NCBI RefSeq assembly: GCF_963676685.1
Contig: NC_092354.1
Coordinates: forward strand, 64,790,001 to 64,854,000
Reading direction: 5' to 3'
Origin: Mytilus edulis
Lineage: Eukaryota
DNA: 64,000 nt
Below are positions 13,116 to 26,245 of the stretch, one piece after another (the first letter of the stretch is position 1; each line of letters starts with the position of its first letter). Below the pieces are notes generated by a model. The model worked only from the letters and a program-made list of their open reading frames with translations. It was not told the DNA's origin and made no database searches. Position numbers and translations under genes: made by a program.

Positions 13116-15462
13116 ACTTGAAACTTTTTAAAAGTCTTATTTTATGCTCTCCACTCAGTTACACCCTTTAACACATTTATTGTTGTATAGATATCTATTG
13201 TTCTATTATTGTCCATGCCAATCAGGGAAATAAATACAATACAATACAGTTGTTACCTGAAAGAGAGGGAGCATCTCAAGGATTTCCCAAATTCAATATA
13301 CTTTTACACCTTCTGCAGAAACAGAAAATTAATGCCCATATAAATCCAAATGATATTTTGTCTTATTGAAACACAATATGCATTCAACTTTTATGGATGC
13401 CATGCCTTAAAAACTTTTAAACTGCACAAGTTAGTATGTACATAGTAGATTTTGAGGCGTTAATAAGCATTTGTTTTGATGAACCTACAATTCGTTCGTT
13501 AATATCGTGGTAATCTCTACTATCAGAAAGCTTTATTTGAAATGAACTGTATTGATTGACATGAACAATAGAGAAACTATACATACCTGACAATAATTGG
13601 TGATTTAAACAGTGTCATTTAGCGTAACATATATAGTGAAACTCAACTGAAAATTTAATCATCTTCTGCAGAACCAAAGTGCAGAGTAAAAACCCAAATA
13701 CTCCGGTGAACTACGTCTGTTTTGATCACTATTATCCGAGTAAAAATTTTGAATTTCTACAATGTACTGTCTTCGCTAATTATCTTATTAACGTGTTATT
13801 ATTGATCTTTGATTTCTTGTTGTAAATTGTTGCTTTTTTCCCGTTGTGTCCATTTGACGTGGCTCTGTACAGTCAGGATTCTAATCCGTCAAAATTATCT
13901 CCCCATTACGCCAGTTAATTTTCACAATTGTAGAAATTGAAGCCATTATAGGGATGACGCGCTGCCAATTTTTGTCTTCAAAACCGATAAATTTATCCAC
14001 ATAGCATCATACGATCCTTATATGTCAATTGTATTTTAAAAGATAAATGTATCTACTAGCTAATGAGCATCAGTTAATGATCATGTCTGCATTGATTCAA
14101 CTTATAACTATTGACTGATCGGTTGTCAGGTGGAATTTTCGAAAATTCTTAAACATTTAAAAAAAATTCTTTTAATTTATTAAATATTTCGTGGAAGGGC
14201 AGACTAGATATTTTCAGTGGCTGAAGATTACTAATTCTAGTTATCACACCAAAAATTATATTTTTTCGAAGATATGCATTTTATCTTATGTGATAAAAGT
14301 AAGAGGTTTAGCTAGTTATACAACCCTGTTCAATCCACAATTTTCTACATAAGAAAATACCGGAACCGAGTAAGGAATATGGCAGTTGTTTTCCCGTCCA
14401 TTTAAGGTTTTTTTTTTTTTTTATTTTGCCATTTGATGAGAGACTTTCCGTTTGGATTGTTTTCCGGAGTCCGCTAAAAATTGGACCACTAATAATATGT
14501 TAATGGAATCATTAAATAGCTGTGTTGCTATCATGAGTTCATTGTTCAAAGCATTGACATTCATGTGTTTATTTATTTATTCTATTAACTCAATATTCAG
14601 CCTAGGATAACATGGATAACACGAATTTGACCATCAATATTTCTGTAATCCTTTAGACTCACTTTCATCATTCGAACGACATGCATCGATTGTTATTAAG
14701 TAAATCCCTATCTTATTATTATTTTCACTTTCAAACCAATGGTTATATCATACGTGTTTCACATATTATTAATCAAATCTGTCATCTATCCATACATATC
14801 AATTCAATCGTATTTTGAATCCATAAAAACGTTAAAATCATATTTAGGCCTTTTAAACTTTTATATCCCTCTCCTGTGTCATTGTTAATGTCAATTTGTT
14901 ACAACAACCAAAATGTTCCATCCACTAATAAATTTCACTTGTATTAGAAATACCGATAGTACGAAGATAATTAATTGTTAATTAGCTACAATAAAATATA
15001 ACAGTGTATCCCTATATTACTTAATATTTGGACTCTGTTTGTAAAGATCAAATTGTATATATATATATAACAAGAAATGTTATAAAGATTTGTTTTACAT
15101 AAAATGTATAATATTTAAACAAAAATCAGTAAATCAACACCATTAAATAACTTTTATGTGCTAACATTCAGTAGCAAAAGAACTCTTACAAAATAAATTA
15201 ACAGAATTATATCCCTTGATGTGATCTAATTTAGTATATGGGTTTGTAAATATAGTTCTTTACTTTTATCAGTGAATTATACAATATAATTAGCTTCTTC
15301 TCGTTTCGTTTCTTATACATTGTTTAATTCACACGTTTCTCTATTATCATATTAGGATAGATGTAAAATCTGTATACATTATATGGTAATATATATCCTG
15401 GTTTCTATTTTTGTATTCGTAATGTATATCTATAAATACCTTTTCCAACGATAGTTTCAAAT

Positions 15463-15701
15463 GGAGATTGAAAGAACCGTGTCTGTAGGTTGGTTACTTA
15501 GATGTTTTGGTGTTGAACCAATGTTATATACACCATGATACACAAAGTGTACTTAACAAGAAAGGGTTGACCTATGATGCAACTTTCTTACGTACATTGC
15601 AGCTTTGCGGTTGTGCAGCCGTATGAAACAGTTTAAAAAAGAGCGAATACCCAAAAAAATCGCTTGTTCAACTGAGACACGGTGGTTTCAGATCTTCTTT
15701 T
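15463..15701 (+). ncRNA. Candidate Pol III panhandle ncRNA, copy 2 (~239 nt)
   Basis: GGAGATTGAAAGAACCGTGTCT ... AGACACGGTGGTTTCAGATCTTC then T8; TATAAATA at 15431-15438; upstream TATGGTAATATA; internal hairpins AAGAAAGGGTTG/CAACTTTCTT and AGCGA/TCGCT; one internal T4. Confidence 0.72.
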
Positions 15702-16087
15702 TTTTATTTTCTCGAAAAATAAACGTTATATAATTTTAACTAATTTATAGTTCTATACATATGATACATATACCCATATAGTTTTTATAAAATTCTTATG
15801 CACGACTAGTTGATCCTTCATGATGGTAATATTGTTTTATATAATAAAAAGGCATTCGCATCCAACTTATGCCCACCCATTTTGTTTCAAACTTTATTTC
15901 TCCGTCCATACATGTTTCGACACAATAATATCTTCAATATATTACACTACGTTGACAGATATAATTTCTGTTTACTTATGTTTTATTTGTATGTCATTGC
16001 GGAAACACACTACTGTTTTCGATTGTGAGATGTAATAAGTACTACAACTGTTCTAGATATGGATTTATATGTATCAATAGAGATATA

Positions 16088-16209
16088 CAGAATAATAGGT
16101 AGTTTCGTTTTTGATTCTGACTATATAATGTGGAATATCTAGACGAGGGCGAGTTAAGATATTCCACATGATATAGTCAGTATCAAAAATGAAACTACCT
16201 ATTATTCTG
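16088..16209. mobile_element. Palindromic fold-back element inserted in the 3' flank of ncRNA copy 2
   Basis: ~50-bp near-perfect arms CAGAATAATAGGTAGTTTC...GAAACTACCTATTATTCTG; absent from the homologous flank of copy 1 (~11060). Confidence 0.8.
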
Positions 16210-18300
16210 TTTCTCGGTAATTATGACGTCACACAATGTATTGCCTAATATTTTCAGTGATACAGCCAGTACGTTGATACTCGAAAATATTAGGCAGTAA
16301 GAGCAAAGGAAAAATATACGAAGTACCGATTAAACAAGGATATTGTGCGATGACGAGCGAACTAAATAAAGCGTAATTATACGAATTGTACGAAACGGGA
16401 GCCGCTGTTTTGAACATAGTAATGAATAAATCAGACATAAAAACGTTGATTGCTTCTATACATATAATTTCCGTTTACTTATTTTTTTATATGTATGTCA
16501 TTGCGGAAACACGTATTACTATTTTCGATTGTGAGATGTAATAAGTACTACAAGTGTTCTAGATTTAGATTAATATGTACAATTAGAGATGACAAAGATA
16601 TTGACTGGTTCTAACCTGTTCGGTGTGAGCCAAGGCTCCGTGTTGAAGACCGTACCTTGACCTTTAATGGTTTACTTTTGTGAACTGTGATTTGGATGGA
16701 GAGTTGTCTCATTGGCAATCTTCCTATATCTATCTACTGACAATAATTTGTGGTCTAAACTGTGTCATTAAGCGGAACATATCAAATAAAACTTAACTGT
16801 TTGATAATTTAATCATCTTTTGCAGAGCCGAAAAAAAGTACAGAGCAAAATCCCAAATGCTCCTGGGTACTACGTTTGTTATGAGTACTAGTACATGAGT
16901 AAAATCTTAGGTCACCTACAATGTATCTAATTAAGCTGCGCAATTTTAAATGTATGTTTAATCAAAGATATTACAACAAAGACAAATTTATTTTATGAAG
17001 TCATTTAGTTCTGTGTTGACAACACGAGTTTATTGTTATTTGTCAAGTAAAGTAAAGCATTTACATTTATGCATTTATTTATTTATTTTATTTTACTAAT
17101 TATTATGCCGAAGATAACATGGATTTGAGTTTCAATATTTTCTGTAGACTCTTGTCTATCATTCGAACGACATGCATCGATTGTAATTAAGTTTATCCCT
17201 ATTTCGTTTGTATGTTCGTATGTTCGTTTCTATAATATCTCTTAAGCCAGACTAGACTGAGTGGTCCGTAAGATTTGCAAGCGCTGCTGGACACAATATG
17301 ATCATGTAAAAGGAGAAGGTTCACGAAGGGTTAAAATTGGCCCTAAATTTTTTATGTTTTTTAAATCGGGCCAAAAAACTACAATTTCACATAGAAATAC
17401 TTGTGATAATATTAATAAGACAAAAATATATTTTCATGGCACCTTCCTTTAAAATTTATGGAGCTATGACCCCTTAATTAAATATTATTTGTATATTAGG
17501 TCAATTTTAGTAATTTTTTTCCATAACTTTAATTGTTTTTTTGGCATAATTAAACTTGGCCGCCATCCACGATCCAAAAAGTATTTATATTGATGAATTC
17601 TATATCAAAAATGGAATTTTTTGGTTACAAAACATTTTGGATCATAGGTGGCGGCCAAGGTTTTTCCTACAGCTTTTAGGTCTGAAAATTGCACAAAATC
17701 ATCATATTTTGACAAAATGTTCAAAATGGGCATACTTTGGAGAATAGTATGTACTTTTATGAAAACAACTGATTTATTAAGCATTAACGATGAAGGCTTT
17801 TGAAATAGACCCATTTACAAACCAAATAGTGACCTTTTTGGTTTTATGAAAAAGTTGATATTTTAGATAATTTTTGTCATGAGTGACCATTGTCCTTTAC
17901 TTATTTCGCTTTTATCCTTTCAAATTTGTATTCCTTACAGTTAGAAATCTTCCAAATTAACTATTTATATTATTGAATGGTGTCACTCAATTTATATTTA
18001 GCTAGAAAAAAATATTACAGTTTATCCCGATATTTCCTAATATTTGGACTCTGTAAAATTCATATTGTATATACAACAAAAAATGTCTTTTTGCGAAGAA
18101 ATTAATTTTTTCAATAACTAACACCATAAATAAACTGATATATGCTAACATTCAGTTGTAAAAAAAACTCTTACAAAACAAATTAACAGAATTATCTCCC
18201 CATATGTGATTTAAGTTAGTATATGGGTTTGTAACTGTAGTTATTTTCTTTTATCAGTGAATTATACAATATATTGAGCTTCTTCTCGTTTTGTTGCTTA

Positions 18301-18655
18301 CACAGTATGCATTTCATGCATTTCTACACAGTATGCATTTCATGCATTTCTACGCAGTATGCATTTCATGCATTTCTACACAGTATGCATTTCATGCATT
18401 TCTACACAGTATGCATTTCATGCATTTCTACACAGTATGCATTTCATGCATTTCTACACCGTATGCATTTCATGCATTTCTACACCGTATGCATTTCATG
18501 AATTTCTACACCGTATGCATTTCATGCATTTCTACACCGTATGCATTTCATGCATTTCTACACAGTATGCATTTCATGCATTTCTACACGGTATGCATTT
18601 TATGCATTTCTACACAGTATGCATTTCATGCATTTCTACACAGTATGCATTTCAC
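18301..18655. repeat. 26-bp minisatellite, ~13-14 copies
   Basis: Unit CACAGTATGCATTTCATGCATTTCTA. Confidence 0.95.
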
Positions 18656-18781
18656 ACTATTATCATGATAGAATAACTGAAAAATCGTCAAAGTTACGTT
18701 GTATGGTAATATAACTCTAGATTTCTATATTTGTATTCGTAATGTATACCTATATATACATCTCCAACAGTTGAAAGAATC

Positions 18782-18984
18782 GGAGATTGAAAGAACTGTG
18801 TCTAAGCATATAAGCAGGTCTTTGCAGAACGTTGCTCTTAACAAGATAACTGGCGGGACGAATGTAAAAATATGACTATTTGATAAAAATGATTGATACG
18901 CAAATGCGACTGTTTTAAGTAGCGTCGGCATGCAGTGATCGCGCATTCATAAACTGATACACGGTGATATCAGATCTTCTTTTT
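18782..18984 (+). ncRNA. Candidate Pol III panhandle ncRNA, copy 3 (~203 nt)
   Basis: GGAGATTGAAAGAACTGTGTCT ... ATACACGGTGATATCAGATCTTC then T5; TATATATA at 18751-18758; upstream TATGGTAATATA; one internal T4. Confidence 0.68.
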
Positions 18985-20359
18985 CTTCGAATAATAAACG
19001 TAATTACAATAAATGTACAGTTCTTGATATAACACCATTTACTTTTTAGAAGTTCTACAAAAATTAATTTGCTATACTAAATGTTATAACTCATGTTTGT
19101 ATATTAAGACAAATAAAGTCCTATCGATTTAAGATCTTGATCTTTAAACTTAATAAGCTTGCACGTTCTGAAATTTTTAGTCATATTAGAATCTCACAGT
19201 CTTTAGATCTTCTCATGCCCATGTCAGACCTATCAAACGTTTGTTATTGGAGTGAATTAAAATCCTACATGTGTGTATCAAGTAATTTCTTAATTTTTTT
19301 GTATACATCTATATATTTATCCTTTTTTTATTATTATTGGAGACTCATGGTTGTAATAACAATTATAGCAGTTTTATTTCTTAATATCTAAGATACATTC
19401 AGTGCCAAATTAATGTCCCTCAAATTTTATTGCACTCTCTTAACTTCACCGGCGAAACATGTTTCGACTCTACAGTATCTTTATATTGTAATGTGAATCA
19501 TAAACCGATAAAACATATGTTTAACTATTTGTATGATAATGGCTATAAATTAAATACATAATGTTCATTACTGTTTTAGATTGTGAGATAAAATATTCTA
19601 CCACGTTTTCGATTAATGGATAAGTATAAACGCACGGTAACAATATTGATTGATGAGCACAAAAAGGTTACATTCGTGTCCTCATAAAGCTTTAATAAAA
19701 ATATAATGCAGTTACCTCAACACTAGGAACTATATTCGTGTACAACGAAAATCGATAATTGTGGTCTCGGACATCTTATATGGATTGTTTTTCTTTTGAA
19801 AGTATCATAATTGGAAAAAGTAAAACCCCAATTAGCAACAACGCACAGTAACTATCAATTTAATCACATCGTCGTCTCTCTTTTAAGTACATTATTAACT
19901 TTAACAGGAAAAACAATGACCTAACAAATGTAATCATTTTATGCCTTGAAGGCAATTTCCTTGAAACCTCAGTTTCGTTCGAGTTGATTCTTCAAAAGAA
20001 AAACATATCGTTCTGAGTGAAAAAATAAGCGTATAGATATATAAGATTAAAAGAAAATAGAATTCTGACAAATGTTTTCGATGTTTTTGATAGATTCTAG
20101 TCGTCTGATTTGTAATTTTACTGATTGTGTCCTGATTTCGACTGTTGACATTCGTCGTACATGTAGTTTGGAATTGCATAGCTATTGATGCATTCATAGC
20201 ACGATACGCTTTTAACATGTAGATGCACTCGTTTTCGATCCAGATAACGTTTGTTTACTTGATTTGAATTTCTTTATATACCAGATTTGATCACCAGTAA
20301 ACTAGTGTTCTCTGAATCCCCCTACAATTGAGACAATGATAATGTATTCATGAAATCAT

Positions 20360-20531
20360 NNNNNNNNNNNNNNNNNNNNNNNNNNNNNNNNNNNNNNNNN
20401 NNNNNNNNNNNNNNNNNNNNNNNNNNNNNNNNNNNNNNNNNNNNNNNNNNNNNNNNNNNNNNNNNNNNNNNNNNNNNNNNNNNNNNNNNNNNNNNNNNNN
20501 NNNNNNNNNNNNNNNNNNNNNNNNNNNNNNN
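20360..20531. other. Assembly gap (172 N)
   Basis: Run of n characters. Confidence 1.
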
Positions 20532-22328
20532 AAAGAGGCGGAAGAAGAAGAAGCTACAGAGCTCATGTTTACGTTGTTGAATCATACATTTCATGTTCGA
20601 CCGTATATTTTCTGACTTATGCAAATAGAGTTAATATAGTTGATCATAGTTATACAAGCAAATATAGTTATACAAGCAAAGCTGAGTTGATATTTAAAAA
20701 AAAGACCTTAACATATGATCTGTTAGTCTGTATAGGTTTCAGATAGCTCACTAAAGCTCGTGGACAGGACAATTAGTTTACCAACAAGTCAACTTAGAGC
20801 AAATAAGGGAATTATGTGCACTTTTAACACAATTATCAAATTACTTTATAAACTCACGAAGCAGCAGACAGAGCATGGTACACAATATCCTCTTTACTTT
20901 GAAGTGCGATAATGTTATTGTATATATACATGTAGTGTTTTAATATTTTGATTGTATCATCATCTAACACGGATATGTAAACATTGAGGATACCTTTGTA
21001 TTTTACTATCACATTTATTTTACATGTCAGCACGAACTATGGGCTTCCCCACGTCTATTTTTAGAAACAAAACAAATATGCGGTATTTAAGTTACTGTTA
21101 AGGACTTTTACAAACAAACACGCATATTATCCAGATGGGAGACTCAATGAATTTTAAATTTATTTCAAATACTCTAGATCTATTTCCTTCTATTAAAAGG
21201 AACATTTAGCATTCTTATCTATATACAGAGCTGAATCTTTTTAATTCTAGTCGGAATTAATCAACTATGCATCTATATACACCCATTACTTAAAGTAATA
21301 CCATGGAATTTTACTCTAGCACCTAGTTCTTTTAGGTCACTAAATATATTCGACGTAAAACCATTCAAGTTTGAACTTTCCAAAAAGCGGCACATACTGC
21401 TTAGCTGTATCCGAATTTTAAGTACTAATTGGAATGCATGTGATTGCCGATTTAGTACAGGAAGTGTGGAACTTTCTATATATATTGATTGATATAATTT
21501 TTTTTTTAATTGTACGTTATACTAACTATTCTGGTACCCGGCACCATAAAGATATTCTCCATCATGAGCTATAAATAACTGCATGTACAGGTATCAATGA
21601 ATCATTCACTCAATTAATCAAACCAGTAGTTATATTCATATCACACAATAAAATCAGCCATCCAGTCATATCAATTCATTAGTTCGTTGAAATTATTAGA
21701 AACTTAATTCAATATTAACGCCTTTTACACTTGATTCATGTATCTTTTATTGTTACTTTATATTTCCCTTTGCATTTGTTTGCCAGTAAAAAAGGTTTTC
21801 CCAACACGATTCAACTAATTGTTTTCAAAATACCTATAATAAGAAGATAATTTATCAGCAAAAAAAGATTTTAATAAAAATACGTTACAGTTTAAAACAC
21901 AATTTCCAAATATTTAGAATCTGTTTGTAAAATTCATATTGTATAAGAAAAAATATATGTGACTTGAGATTGCTTTTGTGAATGAAAAATATATATCAAA
22001 TTGATTAAACTTTCAATTTTTCAATAACTCATCACCACAGGTAAACAAACTCTTTATAAAAAGTTAACAGAATTACTTCCCCTGAAATGCATTAATTTTG
22101 ACTATTGGTTTTTCATCGGAGTAATCTACTTAAATCAATGGATTATTCGATTCATTGAGCTCCTTCTCGTTTTGTTGCTTAAACAGTGCACAAGTTACAC
22201 GTTTATTTTTTATCAGGATAGTATAAATGTAAATTCGATATATAATATATGGTAATATACTCCCTGGCTTTCAATATTTCTATTCGTTATGTATACCTAT
22301 ATATACGGTTCCAACGCTGAAATTAAGT

Positions 22329-22513
22329 GGAGATCGAAGGAACTGTGGCTAAAAAGTTCACCGATTATTAAGGTTGTTGATATGGTCATGAACATGTTGC
22401 AACATGCGGTAACATCTCAGGTAATGTGCAATCTGAGTGTATAGTTATTGCGGGCATAGGCTATTGCACTATTGCTTGAATAATCAGCCACGGTAATTTC
22501 AAATCTTCTTTTT
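22329..22513 (+). ncRNA. Candidate Pol III panhandle ncRNA, copy 4 (~185 nt)
   Basis: GGAGATCGAAGGAACTGTGGCT ... AGCCACGGTAATTTCAAATCTTC then T5; compensatory U-A to G-C change; TATATATA at 22298-22305; second stem GATTATTAAG/CTTGAATAATC enclosing three hairpins; no internal T4. Confidence 0.75.
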
Positions 22514-22933
22514 CATCAGAGAATGTTATATTAACAAATATAAAGTCATCATGTGTCATGGCCACGGGAAATTAGATTCCCATGATACAAGAAGATAGGA
22601 GAAAAACAAATTGTAAATCAAGACGAAGTTCTTTAATATGTTTTTATCTAAACCATTTTTACTGTTTATCTGCATTTACCGCTTATGAAACGATTTTCAG
22701 ATTTATAGTGGTTTAAGTTTTTATGCCAACCAGTAGCAAACAATGCCATTTTTTCTGTTATACTACAAAACATTACACTTGGTACCAAAAGTATTTCCGG
22801 ATATCGTCTTGTAGTATTTTGTAATGTAGAGGTGTTATAAATATAAAGTAAATAATAACAAAAATGATATGATGTCCATATTAATGCGTTACCGGCTACC
22901 AAATTGACGAAGTTAACCCTCCAAATTAATTTA

Positions 22934-23380
22934 TCAAATAAGTCTGATCAAGTTGGTATAAGGGCGTCCGTAAATTTCACGAAGGGATGATTTCAACTTC
23001 ACCATTTGGAACTCTTGGTTTAAAAGCGTCCTTGTAAGCAGCAACCCTCTATCAAGAAAATCATGATAGGAAATACAAGCACGGGAACCTAGTATCAATT
23101 GGGAGGTATATATCTCGTATGCAGGTGCTGCTGGAATGGTGCTACTTAGAAATGGAAAGTTCACAATTGGAAAGCTGAAGTTATCTCTTTTGTCGTAAAG
23201 AATAGTTTTCAACCGACCTTCATGGTCAATTTCTAGATGTAAGTCAAGATATGATGCCGACTTAACTGTATCTGTTGTATTTATCTCTAGTTCCATGGGA
23301 TAGATGCGTTCAACATAGTCACCAAATTTAGAATTATTTAGTGAGAGAAAATCATCTTTTTAGCAGAAAGTAAAGTTAAT
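22934..23380 (-). mobile_element. Degenerate reverse-transcriptase fragment, Penelope-like retroelement
   Basis: TTDTVKSASYLDLHLEID..GRLKTILYDKRDNFSFPIVNFPFLSS.IPAAPAY resembles the RT thumb/C-terminal region of Penelope-like elements; truncated. Confidence 0.75.
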
Positions 23381-23539
23381 GGATATTGCAATAAACGCTG
23401 AAAAACAATGAAAAAATATATGTAAGACATGATCAACATATAAGTCAAATTGCTGGAATTGCCGGTTGACTCCGTGTAGGAGCTACCGCCATTAAATGAC
23501 GTTTTTTTTCTTTTCTTTTTTTCAATAACTTAAAAATAT

Positions 23540-24515
23540 AAAAAAGAAGATGTGGTATGATTGCCAATGAGACAACTATCCACAAAAGACCAAAATGACA
23601 CAGACATTAACAACTATAGGTCACCGTACGGTTTCAACCATGAGCAAAGCCCATACCGCATAGTCAGCTATAAAAGGCCCCGATAAGACAAAGTAAAACA
23701 ATTCAAACGAGAAAACTAACGGCCTTATTTATGTAAAAAAATGAACGAAAAACAAATGTGTAACACATAAACAAACGAAAACCACTGAATATACAGGCTC
23801 CTGACTTGGGACAGGCACATACATAAATAATGTGGCGGGGTTAAACATGTTAGCGGGATCCCAACCCCCTCTAACCTGGGACAGTGGTATAACAGTACAA
23901 CATAAGAACGAACTATAAAAATCAGTTGAAAAAGGTTTAACTCATCAGATGGACAAAAATATAAGTGGACGTGGCCTGGTACTTATACATCCCGACACAA
24001 AAAGACACAATGAACAGATCTAAGAGTACTCGCAGTTATCTGACAGCTAATTCAAAGCCACTAACAACTAATAAAAAATCATGCATCTAAGACTAAACTA
24101 TCAATCCGTACACATCCAACATCCAATGGATTTAGTGTAAAGACATCATGAACAGCCAGAGAACAACATGACCTTGTGCAATGCCAAGTTACAGGTATCG
24201 ACAGATTGTAGATCCATGAATATGTATATATATAACATACTAGTAAAATTTAGTTAGCTTTTAATCTGCTGATAACAAAATCAATATTTATTCCAATAAA
24301 AACAATATTCAATGATCTTATTACGGTGTTGAATAGGCAACCTTTTAGAATAAGTTTTTTTAAAGGAGCGACAAGTTTACATGGATCATTTCTAAATTTC
24401 CGGGCACGGTTAACAACATTTCCGTAAAAATGAGGTTGTTCTATCCCGTTTGAAATAAGTTTTCTACAGGTACATCCAAACTTCAAAACCAAATCTTTAT
24501 ATCTATGGAAAAAGT
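23540..24515 (-). mobile_element. 5'-truncated retroelement: C-terminal ORF fragment (24250-24510) plus downstream non-coding region equal to the abundant dispersed repeat
   Basis: ORF end KLISNGIEQPHFYGNVVNRARKF..LKKLILKG..IRSL is contiguous with the longest copy of the dispersed repeat. Confidence 0.6.
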
Positions 24516-24983
24516 TTATTTTTGTATAGTTACAAGCCTCTAAATAATATATTGTTTTGACAAAATTCTAGAAATGTTTTCGTCAATATGAATTAGTGAT
24601 ACTCGAGTACTCGCTCGGCAAAACATCTATAAAATGGTGACACAAAAGTAAACCCATTTTAAGTATTGTATGCTGTTTTCTTATTGACTGAAAACCCTCA
24701 ACATTTTTTATTAGGAGTAAAGTATAGTCCAAGGCGACGACTTTATGCAGAAAGCCGAATTTCTATTGAGTGGTCCCGCAGTTCATGTCGCTGCAATCTG
24801 AATTTTTTTTTTCAATACCGATTGCGGGAAGACGTTAATTCAGTAGTATTATGTTTGTTAAGATTGTAATTAGATAACGGATTCTAATTTCAAAAGTCTA
24901 TGTACAATTGTTTCACAGTAAAACGAAGTCATTCATTTTGTAAACATTTTTTTTTTACGAAAACAACGCAACAAAACAAACAC

Positions 24984-25494
24984 CATCTTCGCTAGCCAAG
25001 GGTTACGATCCACTTCCCTCCTCTCCACCCTTGGCAGATTAAGCCAACATTTGTGATAACAACTGTTGCGCCATCTATTGGTAAATTAAAGTCACGCACA
25101 TTCCGAATATATTATTCTTGACCAATGGTAGCACCTGAACTCTTCAATTTGGAAGTAAAAACACGGTAGCGTCTAAATTCTACACGCTTTGTAAAGCAAG
25201 AAACGAAATTGTACGTTGAAATTCATGCATTTATGCAAGAAACATACATATAAACTTTAACTAGTCGATTATAAACATTCAAATTCTCACTAAATATAGT
25301 CGTATGTTTAGGGATGTAAAGACTTAATAATAAGCACGTGGCAATTGTTTACATACACTTTCTATATTTATACGTGATCATGTTATAGGCGCTTTTTGAT
25401 TGGATACAGCGAGTTTCGACTGTAACCAATGAAAATCATTACCTTGAGTCTCCGAACTTCTATCTCAATCCGCCAAGGGTGGATAGCGAAGATG
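24984..25494. mobile_element. MITE-like element (~510 bp)
   Basis: Inverted termini CATCTTCGCTAGCCA ... TGGATAGCGAAGATG. Confidence 0.65.
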
Positions 25495-25845
25495 CAGAAA
25501 ATCTTAAATGCAACAAAAACAAACAACAATGCAACACATATAGGAACGAACTACAAAATAAATACTGCCATACTCTTCACCTGGTACAGGACATTTCACG
25601 AAAAAATTGTCGGCTGAACCTAGTTTAGTAGCTAGCAGAGTCTTGCGCTTTATGACAATGTTAAATATACCGCTAAATGACAACATGACATTGCAGGATT
25701 ACAGTACATATAAATGCAAGAACACTCAGAGCAGAGAAATACATAAATATATAATATAATTGTATATCATAAGCCAATGAGGAATTTAAGATATCTTGTG
25801 TACAAAAATGTGTATCGATTTAATTTCTTTCAACTTTTTAGTTAA

Positions 25846-26245
25846 GGATGTACTTAAGTGAGGTTAGGTTAAAATTAAGAAATTAAGAAATTAAAATTGA
25901 TACTATAAGCTGGTAGAGCATCAATCAAAGATAAAGATAAGCTAAAAATATTGATAGGTAATGGACCTTTTTTTTGAGATATTTGAAATTTAAATATGGC
26001 GGGAAAAGGCTGACTCGGACTTTTACCTTATAATTGCATTGGTAATATTTAGGTCTCAAAACAAAAGAAAGAAAATCAAGAATATTTTAAAACTTTGGTA
26101 AATGACCTTTCATGAGCTATTAGGTCTTATATGAACAAAATAAATGAGTGTTATGGGGCTAAATATTTTACATTGTATTGTATGGAAAAACACCAAGGAG
26201 TCCGAACATTTGACACAAATTCCAAAACCTCGCATAAGTACATCC
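25846..26245. mobile_element. MITE with TTAA target-site duplication (Kolobok-like)
   Basis: TTAA|GGATGTACTTA ... TAAGTACATCC|TTAA. Confidence 0.85.

Noticed and set aside
18274-18676. Repetitive Cys/His-rich ORFs
   Set aside because: Products of the 26-bp minisatellite
19934-20624. ORFs flanking or spanning the N gap
   Set aside because: No recognisable domain; partly artefacts of N codons
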